A stretch of 64,000 bases of DNA from Magallana gigas. Lineage: Eukaryota. The stretch lies in NCBI RefSeq assembly GCF_963853765.1, contig NC_088858.1:8308001-8372000 (forward strand), written 5' to 3'. The translations under genes were made by a program, and so were the position numbers. Position 1 is the first letter of the stretch; each line of letters opens with the position of its first letter. Shown piece by piece: positions 1 to 10,717 of the stretch. A model generated the notes under the pieces. That model saw nothing but the letters and a program-made list of their open reading frames with translations. It did no database searches and had not been told where the DNA came from.

Positions 1-580
1 TTATTGTTAGCGTAATAAAAACAGGAACATCGTGTAAAATTTTTATCATTTTATGAAAAATACGCAAAATATAGAAAACATTAAATACGTCAAAAGTGGG
101 TGGAAGACCCACCTGTAAAACATTGATATGAAGCCTGAAAACAAAAATATGTTGAGAAAATGTGCTTAGACACGTGCACATGGGTAACCATTAACACGAT
201 TAGCGAGATTTCCTTCACAAAAGTGTGAAGGAGCCAATCGGAACAGGGCGTGATTTTTTTATGACGAGAAAGATTCAGCGAGTTGGTTTACGGCCAGCAA
301 CCGAAATAATTAAGTTTCTTGCGACAAGTAATTAAAAAAAAACTTCAAGGAAATAGATAACTGTTAAACGCCTAGCGTTAAAAAAAGAGTAACATACTGA
401 TGCAACTAGTTGGTAGGTTAGTAGTATAAAGGACTGTCAAATATATGAGGATTTGAAAAGAGAATAAGTCTATACAAAGGTATTCCGAATATTGCAAACA
501 CACATGCAAGATGATAATACATGAAGAAGTCCAAGTATGGCCTTTCATATGGAAATAGAAATCAGACACCGCATTGATAC

Positions 581-658
581 CTCATCGCTTTGGTCATCTA
601 TTTTGCGTTGCTGTTCAGAGGACATGACGTCATTACTCTCTGATACAGAATTGAAATC
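581..658 (-). CDS. Second coding exon of the MGCGNSK small protein (DFNSVSESNDVMSSEQQRKIDDQSDE); gene probably continues off the left edge
   Basis: Acceptor gtgtttgcag|GAT at 658 and donor GAG|gtatca at 581; 78 nt, phase 0-0, compatible with the phase-0 donor at 1937; open frame. Could alternatively read through to a TGA near 545. Confidence 0.55.
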
Positions 659-1650
659 CTGCAAACACGCCCCAAAAACCATACTGTCATGTCACTTCAG
701 ACAAATACATAAGTGCATCTTGATTTCAGTCAGTTTTGTGACCAAGAACCAGACTAAGATTTTGACATTGCTATAGAATGAGAACTATTACCGTTAAACC
801 GTTAAAGCTGTAAAATCAATTAGATTATAATATTGGTACATAATAGCGTTTTGTTTCTTTATACATGTGTACGTTTAATAAAAATTTATGGTCCGATTTG
901 GAGTGCAAACTTTTACTATGATGGTTTTTCAAGCCATGCTTAATGAATGTCAAAAACATAAGTTTATAGAAAAACAAAACAAAGATTATATGTACATTTA
1001 AATGAAACAGGCTCTTATAACATTTCGTTATCCCCTTTACATTTGTTTTAATTATATGTAAATTGTCCTCGACAGAATTCGAGCGATACCAGGTTGTCAA
1101 CACACAGACAACCGTATTCATGTGTAGCAAGTGTATGTAACTCTTTATTTTATATATTTATGGTGATACACTACAATTACGTATTTTCCGGAGGTTTCTT
1201 CATTTAGAAACTTGTTTCGCTTCGAATTTTGTACTCTATATCAGAACTTTCATAACTTCACTACTGTTTTTTAAAAGGCGTGCAAGAAATTCAAAATATT
1301 ATTTCTTTCAAAAATAATTCAAATCGAACCATACAGCTTCAAAATCAAGTAAAATGAATAAGTTAAATCATTCTTTTATAGTTTATGGGAAATATTTAAT
1401 AGTATTTTCAAGCATTTATTAACTTCTAATGTAAAAGTCGAACCTATTGAGGATCAAGGGTTTTATTAGTTCTAACATTTCAATGCATTTTATATCCTAA
1501 ATTGAGTAGCTTTATATTGATTTCCCATCTTTATGCCAACTTTCTACCTTATTTGTGATGTATACGTCGGCGATCAGGCAACGAATCGATAAAATAGAGA
1601 TCTATTTAATAGAAATGATGTGCTGGGCTGACGCAAAATTGGCGCATTAC

Positions 1651-1778
1651 GGCATACTCTAAAACCTGGCCTGGCCTGGCCCCATTGGCGTGGCCTCGCC
1701 TCAAAGTTGGCCTGGCCTCACTTTTGGCCTTAAAATTGGCCTGGCCAGGCCATGCCAGGCCAGGTTTTAGAGTATGCC
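1651..1778. mobile_element. 128-bp MITE with 25-bp perfect TIRs and 9-bp TSD (Mutator/foldback-like), interior built from TGGCC pentamers
   Basis: ggcatactctaaaacctggcctggc (1651-1675) is the exact reverse complement of 1754-1778; gcgcattac duplicated at 1642-1650 and 1779-1787. Confidence 0.9.
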
Positions 1779-1936
1779 GCGCATTACTGCCGCTAATTTT
1801 GTTAAGAGAATTCATCTAGTCTAAAGGGCATGTTTATAAATCATTTCGCTAGATCCTGCATAATTATGTTAAAGCCACTTGACATTAAGTGAATTGACGA
1901 TGCAGCTTTCGTGTGATATAGTGCTTTTCCCCTCAC

Positions 1937-2032
1937 CTGTGAATTCTTAATATTTCCATTTTTATCCGAACCAACCTTCCCTTTTCCATGGGCGTTTGTA
2001 TTTACAGTGTCTTTAGAATTACCACACCCCAT
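1937..2032 (-). CDS. First coding exon of an uncharacterised protein, MGCGNSKDTVNTNAHGKGKVGSDKNGNIKNSQ (dual-acylation N-terminus)
   Basis: Acceptor tatttgtttaag| at 2068, ATG at 2032, donor CAG|gtgagg at 1937 (phase 0); MGCxxSK matches the established N-myristoylation plus adjacent Cys palmitoylation pattern. Confidence 0.7.
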
Positions 2033-2963
2033 CTTCTGTATTTCTTGGCACCAGTTCTAATCCATCATCTTAAACAAATAAAATGAGAAAAAGTGTCTCA
2101 ATAAATGTTAATATTTCAAATTTCTAAAGCAGGTAATACTAAATAAGAACTACGTTGTTTCATTTCGTTGTCGTTCTTTAAATTCCTTGCGTTTGCACAC
2201 TTACACGTTTATTTTAATTTTCTTTTTATTCAAACAGAAACACGGTCGTATCTATTGTTCTCCAAATATTTTCATATCTTTAATTCAAACTTGTGCTTGT
2301 AAATATTGATAAATATTTTCAACGGGGCATCATGCTCACATTATCGGAAGTAAAACGTTTGAAAGAGTTTTTTAATTTCTCTTAATTGATCTTTTTTTTT
2401 TCATTTGATCTCAATCATTTAGAAAAAGCAACATTCCAATGACATAGGATATATTCCCTTCAGACATTAATCTTGGTAGAGAGTGGCTTTATTACAAACC
2501 CACTGACTCCTTTAATGGACTGGGATATTGAAAGGGTTTAATCTCAGAATGGTCTACAGAATGTTTACTCGGGCACCCACCGGCAAACATTCGGACAACG
2601 CCGATTAATATGCGACACACAGCTAGATTGTTAGATAAAACATTGCAGATTGGCAGCCGGAGTGAAAATGAGTGAGAAAAAAATCCATTTATTGCGAAAG
2701 TATTTTTAATAGCAGAAATGTCCTTTTTCTTGTATCCCGTTTTAACAAATATAACAAGGCTCTACAAAGCTTGGCGTTGATATGTTGAGATCTTAATTAA
2801 TTTGTGATAAGAGCAGCGTGATTTCGTGGTTGTATATAAAACTTTGCGTTGGGTTTGAAAGGATTTTGATATTGAGTTAACGTCGGATTTTAATAAAACA
2901 CTCGAGAGGTTTACATGAAATAAATCATACTTAATGTAATTGTATAGACAAACATAAAAGACA

Positions 2964-2965
<2 letters not shown>

Positions 2966-3011
<46 letters not shown>
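2966..3011. repeat. (CT)23 microsatellite
   Basis: Direct reading. Confidence 0.95.
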
Positions 3012-3017
<6 letters not shown>

Positions 3018-6000
3018 GTTCGTAAACATTAAAATGTATTTGTCAAGGCGCCTATGCTCCTTTTACTTTCGGACGTCCTGGGTGTTTATTTTGATTTATT
3101 ACGCTCTTATATTTCTTTCGGTTAACAAGTGACTTTTTAAAACCACTTCATTGTATGCCCCTTATCCCATCAGAGTGAAAGTGAAATTTTACAAGACATC
3201 ATAAAAGATTCCCAACCATAAGTCAATTATTATTATGATTGGAAAAGCACTACAGAATAAAAGATGCAAGGTGGTGTATTTTTCGCAATTAAGTACTAGT
3301 ACGCTCCGAAAATTTTATTCCAAGATAAGAAATAAACACGTTTCTGTAGACTGGAGTACCTAGTCTATGGGTCCCATTTGTCCAAAGATTAAAATGTTGA
3401 CGTGTTATCGCAAGTTTCCGTATAGATTTATCATAAGTGATCGCAGAGTTTTCATCATCAAAGGTGAACACCTGAAAAGGTTCGTAATCGGAAGGGTATT
3501 TCTCCCCCTCCCCAGTTTATAAAGTGTGCTGATAAATTAACACAAAAAAGGAACATATCATAACATGGTCAGAAGTTTTAATTACAAAGATAAAATTTGG
3601 AAAAATCTTACCTTAAAAGTAATAAAATTTCAAATGACAAAAAACCATCTTCTTTACATCGTGTCAGTATGATGCTGTCAAGATGATGAGAGGAGACATA
3701 TATTCGCCGATAAAAACTGTATCCTATTTGTGGCCCGATTTCCGTCTCACATGCGCAAATGTTTGTTTTCTTTTCCCTCCCTCCTTCACAACCAAACTTG
3801 TATACCAGGAGAAATCAGATTGAATATGATTAAACCACGTTTGACAGGAAACCTCACAAATTCATTCAATCGCGAAACCCCTTTCACACAGACGTGACTC
3901 CTTTTGAATTTTTGTTATTTCCGAACTGCATATTGTCTGCCTTTTGTATCACAACTCAATCGCTGTTTGTTCGCGCTGAAAAACGGTATATTCTTCACTC
4001 GCCCGATCTAGAATATTTACCCAAACGTTGATAACCTGTACCGCTATATATTTATCACATCAATGGTTGAGATACGGCGCTCGGTCAAACTTACGTTCCA
4101 ATATCAGGTAATTAATGTAACTTACATCGTTTATAAATCTGGTAAGGTGTGTTTAAATCCCTGCATTCACTTTCTGCATAAAACGACAAAACCATTAAAG
4201 TTAAATAGAAAACTCCTTTGTTCTGACACATTCAACCAATTCTTTCAATCTTTGTCAATAAACCGTGCTTCAGAAATCTTAAAATCAACATAGCAATTTT
4301 CTAATTTAAATTTTCCTTCTATTGTGCAACACGCAATAAAATTCATAAAAATCAATATTTTTAAAAACATCGTTATTAAACTTTTATTGTACTATCATTA
4401 TCCAAGAATTTATCGATAAATTCCAGAAACAATCACAGAAACAACTATTGCTGATTTATTTTCCTTATGAAAGTACATTGCAATGTACATTAAAGAGAAC
4501 TTGATGGCCGTGGCCATTTTTAGACTATACTGGTCTCATTTAGCAGAAGAGCTCTGTTTAAAAAATATGGAAAATGTTCAAATTTTCAGCTAAAATATTT
4601 GGATTTCTCCTTACTTAATAATAGTTTATGGCCTAAATATCATTTTTAAAATTGCAGATCTGATGGGTAATCTGTTGACCACACAGCCTCCTTATTTAGA
4701 GGTCGTCTGCTGACTTGCGCACGATAGTCGATGTACGACCAAACTACATTTAGCATTCTTGAGATTCGTATCAACGACATGAGTACATATATCGCTGTCA
4801 TACAGGACTACATATTTAAAATATGTATACAATGTATGCACCTATTGTTTAACCATCAGTTTTCATATTTAATATATTGTATTTCCTTAACAATGCTACA
4901 TGTGTATATAGAGATATATACAATAACATGTACCTCTCAAATACACCATACTTGTTCATCTCACCGATGTCAAAATAACCATGTTATTATTTCCGTCCAA
5001 GTCTTTCTTTTCCTGTCGAGCTGTACATTCCTGTTTATATGTATGTCTGTCAGTTCGTACTCTTCTTGTACCGATCATCCAAAGAAAGACAACTCCGACT
5101 GATAGCACAGCGAGCTGCTGCCGTTAGCACAACAGTATAAAAATCCTATACTATATATTGTTCTACCAAAATCACACAACTTTAATAGATGCAGGTTGTA
5201 AATTCTTAACGGTTTTTTCCTAAAAAGGAAGATTCCTGAATACATCTTTAAAACAATAATTTTTATACCCCTTGGACATAAAACACAGGGCCATCCAGCA
5301 AAACAAAATGGTTTCGTTTGTATCGAAGTTACACGTGCCCGGGCTTTTTTACCTCCTCTGGGAACAATCTTTATAAAACTGTTGCGGGCAGTTTTAAACG
5401 CCATAAATCAAATGGAATTATTTTGCCCCAGACATGACACCTGCATAAATAAAGAAAACTATACAATTTTGTGTCTAATGTCATTTAATCCCCGTAATTG
5501 ATGTACATTGTACCAATGGAATTTTCATACCCTGCACAAGTTTTGGTTTTGTAAGTCAATAGTTGTCTTGAGAAGCCAAGAACATATTTAAAAAAAAAAA
5601 AACAATTCAATTAACTCTTAGTACATGTATTTGTTTTACTAGTGGTTTTAATTGACCATACCAGTATTTTCAATCTTTTGTCAAAATAAAAAATAAACTC
5701 TTGAAATGATAGTTGATAGTTTAAAATTTTTTAAATCATGTTGTGAAATTAATTCCTTTTAAATTGGAAATTATGTTTCAAAAAGTATACTATGTCATTA
5801 AAATAATGCTAAAAAATTACACATTTAAAAAAAATGCATGCTGATATATGATCATAATTCTCTGTTTTCTTTAAAATCATGGAGTGTGTATAAAGTGCTC
5901 GTGGTTGAACTAAAAAACTAGTATAAATGACAATAAATACAACAACATTTGTGCGTATGTGCATTAACAACAGTGCAACTATTATGGCGAAGATCTCGGT

Positions 6001-6021
6001 CTCTGTATTATGCTGCCAGAA

Positions 6022-7277
6022 TCACGTGTCTAGTTTACGGAAACCTGTCACTGCCACTTGGTCTTTATTATCGTCTTTAGTGGTCATTTCAATGTTGTCA
6101 TTAGGATTTTTCTCTTCTTTCCGGATTTTCTTCTGGTTTTGAATTGAATTCAACTTACTGCCATTGTCCTTCTTACAAATCAAAACAATCACAGATACAA
6201 TGACTAAAGCAATGATAGGCAAACAAACGCCTAGGACAATGGCTGTTGTCTCTCTTCCGGCTGTATTATGCGCTTCGGTTGGAGAACTAGTCGATGATTT
6301 CACTTCCGGTGTGTGCGATGTTAATGTCGAAGTCTTGCTTGTGTCCACTTTTGTCGTCGACTTTGTTGTCGTCGTCGACTGTAAAATATACAGTGTTTTA
6401 AATACGTTTGTAGTCAGAGGAATCTCCGACGAAAATGTGGAAGTTAATGGCGATGACAATGATGAAGTCGATGATTGTGGCGACAATATGTCTCCTGTAG
6501 ATGTTTTGCTGGTTTGAGTATAAGTTGTAGATACAATTGCTGGACGTTTGGTTGAGAGCAAAGAAGAGAGAACTGTTGGGTTTGGAGTCCAAGTTGATGA
6601 CTGCGTCGATGATTTCAAAGTAGGCAATTGCGATGACGTAGATGTTAGAGAGGGTGTCGGTGATACCGTTGACGTTAACCGTGTCGTTGATGATGATACA
6701 GGTCTCGTCATTGATGATATAGGTGAAGATTTAAGTGAAGTAGATAGCAAAGTTGATAGCACTATAGATGAAGTTGTTGCTGGTGATGAAATACTAAATG
6801 ACGATTTTGTTGATGATAATTTCTTTGGCTCTGTTGTGGTCGATGATTTTGGTGAGGTAGATGACGAAGTTGATTGTACAATGGATAAAGTTGTTGCTGT
6901 CGATGACAAAGTAGATGAAACTATTGATGAAGTTGTTGCTGGCGATGAAATACTAGATGACAATGTCGTTCTTGATGACACATGTTTCGTCGGCGATGTT
7001 GAAGTCGATTTTAATGAGGTAGATGATGAGGTTGATAACACTACGGTTGACGTTGTTGCTGGTGACGACCGACTAGACAGTGTTGATGAAGGCGACCATT
7101 TTAGCGTTGTCAAAAGTGGCGCTGTTTTTGTTGTGAGTTTAGATGATATACCGACCTGTGTTGTTGTGGTATCTGTTGATTCAGTAAGTTTGGTTGACTG
7201 CAGTGAACTTGTTGTTGGTGGTAATGTTTGTTGTGTTGAGGTTAAAGTCGTAGTAGCGGAAGTTGTAGTGAGTATAC
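6022..7277 (-). CDS. MAM protein last coding exon: mucin-like S/T stalk, TM helix, cytoplasmic tail ending GFRKLDT
   Basis: Acceptor tttttttaag| at 7277 (phase 1) in frame with track ORF 6022..7113. Confidence 0.85.
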
Positions 7278-9738
7278 CTTAAAAAAATAGAAATTGGAAA
7301 CTATTATCCATGGGTATCAGAAATCATGTAACTTGACGTATAATTAGAAGATCCTTTGATTATCAGAATGGTGGTTTGTGGTGTTGTTGTTTATTTAACT
7401 GCTTATCTTAAAATCTAAATTTAATCAGTTCACTTCATGGACAAGTTTAAAGCCTTCAAAATAGATGTAAAGAATATGGACTTACAATCGCCGTTTTCTA
7501 TTTTTATGTCGTCGACACCGATTACTGAACCAAGATACCCCGTGTAGGAACCTTCCAGTACAATCTGTGATTGGAGTAAGAAATATGCATTTATCTAATG
7601 ACATGTTTCACACCACAAAAGTACATCCATAGGTCCAGTTCCGTTTCAGTTTCAGTATAGGTAAAAACCGTAGTCTATTTGAAAGCATGGAGACATAATT
7701 AGATAATGCATACGGAGACATAACTAGACATTGCTTTGTGTATATTCTTAAAATGATACATTGGAAGGATTATTTACTAACCTGAAAGTATTTTGAATTT
7801 CTCAATGTGATCATTACTGTTTTCCATTCTGAGGGCGTCCTGGAGGACTTTTTCGCCTCCTCGCTTAGAAGCACCAGTTCCATGGAGGGGAGCAGTCTCT
7901 GGTACACAGACAGCGTGCCACTAGAAATTTTCGCCTGATAAAGCTTAAAACTCAGACACGCAACACCGGCATTTTGTAGGACAGGTGACACGATTTGTGC
8001 GGCATCACCATTCTCACCTAGATTCCAGTTGTTTAAAAGAAGGTAATTACCTGAAGAAAATTAAAAAAATGAACCATAAAGAGCGTGCTGGTTTTGCCAA
8101 GGAGATGGATTTGGTGAAAGAGTAAAAGAATTTCTAGAGCTCATGAGTTTAGATGGTTTTTGATTGGTCATGTCAGTGATCAGCTGATAGAGTAATCAAA
8201 GAATATACCTTTTTGTCCCGAGGAATCCCCAGGTATGTATGTATAGCCCAGGTGTGTAAAGGTCTTAGATGTTATGTTCCAACCAACATTGTTTCCGATG
8301 GATGGAATAAGATCCATGCCACATGCTCCTGGTCCTAGGTCAAAATTGCAGGCGAAGGGAAGTTTCCTAGATGGCGGTAGAGTCGATGTTGGGGCATGTG
8401 TTGTCGTGGTAATTGGAGCTAAATTATATGAATTATAAAATATTTTGTTTTAAAGAAATAAGAATCCAATAACATACGTATCATCGCGAAAAAAAATCGG
8501 GCACTATTGAGCGAGTTCGATCACAAACTACGGTCGCCGTGGTTCGACTAAAATGAGATCGAACTCACTTTAGTCCTACTAAAATGGAACCGTGGTCCAT
8601 CCAACGGAGAGACTCTGGTCTGTCTCTGGTCAGGTAGTTTAAAGATGGCGGCGGAAAGCGGAACCTCCGAATTTTGCTTATTTTAATCAGCACAACATGC
8701 AATGTGTTAAATTTTAGCGCACACACATATGATTCAATGTGTTTACAAGTTATTTCCCTTCTTTTTTAATGAACAATAAAATTATGGGTAACAATTAACA
8801 TCTTTCTCATTTTTTCAACCAGACATCGACCAATGTGCGTTCGAACACAGACTTGCGCACCATAAGTTTTCCTTACTATCGTGGTTGAACTCTGGTCAAT
8901 GATCGAACTCGCCCACCAGTAGATTTCTCAACACGTATTTACCAATTTCTACGTCATCAACGGCTAAATCTCCCCCATAAATCAATCTGGCAGTGGCACT
9001 GAAGCTGATCTACAGAAACATGTTCAGTATGTAACGAACTAATTTAATCAATATACATGTAACAAATAAAAAATGGTCGTTCTTACTTAAAGTTTAATTT
9101 ATAGAATAAAGATATTACCACGTAGCTCCCCCGGGGCAAATTGACCGAGGCTTGAATCCACGAGGGCCCTTGTCGTCCCTGTTTTTCCCAGAGCACCGTT
9201 TTCGCTCCATTTTCAACTTTGCCCAATGTCAATTTTCCAATGCCAACTCCATTCATATAATACCAGAATGATATTTGTAGATCTGAATAAAAAATAACAT
9301 GTAGGCCTAAACGCATATATGCATGTAAGTAAATCAGCTTTTAGATTTATCATTTTTCATGATATTGCATATTTTACCGGAAGTGACGTCAACGTTAGAT
9401 TCTACAACTGCGATTGAGGAGTTTCGGCCATCATGGCCTCTGATGAAAATGTATTTTCCATTGCCATCTGTGACAAAATATCAATAATTATTGTAAATTA
9501 ATAAAACAAAATCTATATTTTTAATATTCGATCGTAATAACGTGTTCTGTATATATAAACAAAGGAAAATATGTGAAATGGTGGTTATATAAATTACACT
9601 TTGTTGTATGGTCTCCATCTGGTCCTGAGAGTCTATCCCGTGTAGAATTACTCCCTAAGTGCCAGGTAAATCCTCGTGAGTTAATGAGCGGTCTCCACTG
9701 ACACCATCCATTGTCAAACGTACAAGATGGTGGTAAAG
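6022..9738 (-). CDS. Single-pass membrane protein: 2 MAM domains + Ser/Thr mucin stalk + TM + short basic tail (5' signal exon not located)
   Basis: Eight phase-consistent GT-AG exons: 9738-9598, 9467-9378, 9282-9119, 9009-8943, 8418-8209, 8050-7782, 7564-7486, 7277-6022. MAM hallmarks CTFDNGWCQW, GPDGDHT, FWYYMNG, W..A.V.L, GDLAVDDVEI; second copy CNFD..ACG, CLSF.LY, IGVDDIKI..GDC; TM AIVLGVCLPIIALVIVSVIVLI. Confidence 0.85.
7486..7564 (-). CDS. MAM2 C-terminal exon (IVLEGSYTGYLGSVIGVDDIKIENGD)
   Basis: cag|ATT acceptor, T|gtaagt donor, phase 0-1. Confidence 0.85.
7782..8050 (-). CDS. MAM2 middle exon
   Basis: ttcttcag| acceptor, CAG|gttagt donor, phase 1-0; ISPV..ACLSFKLY MAM-like motif. 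Confidence 0.85.
8209..8418 (-). CDS. Thr-rich linker + MAM2 start (FACNFDLGPGACG)
   Basis: aatttag| acceptor, AAG|gtatat donor, 210 nt phase 1-1. Confidence 0.8.
8504..8921. mobile_element. Probable degenerate non-autonomous DNA element in MAM intron (13-bp inverted subterminal match)
   Basis: gcgagttcgatca (8511-8523) vs tgatcgaactcgc (8900-8912); CpG-rich interior; no TSD found. Confidence 0.4.
8943..9009 (-). CDS. MAM1 C-terminal exon (ISFSATARLIYGGDLAVDDVEI)
   Basis: tttctgtag| acceptor, G|gtaaat donor, phase 0-1. Confidence 0.85.
9119..9282 (-). CDS. MAM1 exon (LQISFWYYMNG...WIQASVNLPRGSYV)
   Basis: ttttattcag| acceptor, GTG|gtaata donor, phase 1-0. Confidence 0.85.
9378..9467 (-). 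CDS. MAM1 exon (GNGKYIFIRGHDGRNSSIAVVES)
   Basis: ttgtcacag| acceptor, G|gtaaaa donor, phase 1-1. Confidence 0.8.
9598..9738 (-). CDS. MAM1 first exon (CTFDNGWCQW...GPDGDHTT)
   Basis: caattttag| acceptor, T|gtaatt donor, phase 1-1. Confidence 0.85.
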
Positions 9739-10148
9739 CTAAAATTGACAGAGGCAAAGATCAGGTAAAGTCGCTGAACTCTTTGATTTTTCTTTGAGAC
9801 TACGTGTATTAAAAAACGAACAAGTGATCTGAAACTTGTTTTTTTTTTAAATGACGTCAAGGTTCGTTCCCAACCAATCAATCGTTGTCTGTTTGATACA
9901 AAGTAAATCAGTGCAATTGTTAAAAATATTTTAAGCTGAATTCAGCTAATTGAACAAAATAAAACTCGTATCGATGTCAACTCATCAAGCAATGTCGCCC
10001 CCACTGATGCCAACTCTTCCCACCCCAAAACAAGGTCAACCAACCACTGAAATAACGGCTCAACATGTCTTCCATCCCCTTCCAGACTATGACAGCCTCA
10101 ATGTCATGTCATATATCGTAACATCTTTATATAAACTTAACTAAAATG

Positions 10149-10717
10149 TGAGGGGCGTTCAATAAAAATAACATAATAAGATATTTTTTTTATTTTTAAT
10201 GGTTACCTTTGAAATATTCTCCAATTACAGACAAACATAATTTCAACCGATTGATCCAAGCCTTGAATGCATTCATGCATATAATGTTTTATAGGGAATG
10301 GTACTCATGGGCTTATAAATGGCAAAGCCCAAAGCATTCCTTGAAGCATATCTTCCTCCTTACAAGTGCCTTTTTAAGTCACAGGGAGACAAGTCGGGTA
10401 AATAGGGAGGATGAGGCAAAACACAGTTCTTAAAAAATTTCTACAGAGTTTTATCATTATGATAGTCTGACACATGCTTTTACATAGCCTCTAATTTCAG
10501 CCTCTTTGGATGACTTACCTGTCATATTTTCATACATTTTCTCGAGTAGGGGTCAAATATCAGCATCTCAGAGGACTATTCGATGATGAAACGTTGTCCG
10601 ACAAACGGCCATAAATAGAATATTAACCAAATTATGCATGAAAATAAATTAAAAAGTTAAATGAACCCTGTATTTTATGTAATCTGATTGATGACATTAT
10701 TTATTGAACGCCCCTCG
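10149..10717 (-). mobile_element. Internally deleted mariner (D34D-type) transposon
   Basis: TIRs gaggggcgttcaataaaa at both ends; minus-strand remnants MTGKSSKEAEIRGYVKACVRL (from 10525), HPPYLPDLSPCD (10413-10378; mariner YSPDLAPSD motif) and WINRLKLCLSVIGEYF with stops and a frameshift. Confidence 0.9.

Noticed and set aside
1606-1815. 69-aa ORF with PGLAWPG repeats
   Set aside because: Translation through the TGGCC MITE.
4494-4680. TTAA|AGAGAACTTGATGGCC possible MITE left end
   Set aside because: No matching right TIR found.
6548-7282. 244-aa plus-strand Val/Asp-rich ORF (also 6164..6517)
   Set aside because: Antisense shadow of the Ser/Thr mucin exon; reverse complements of these codons rarely give stops.
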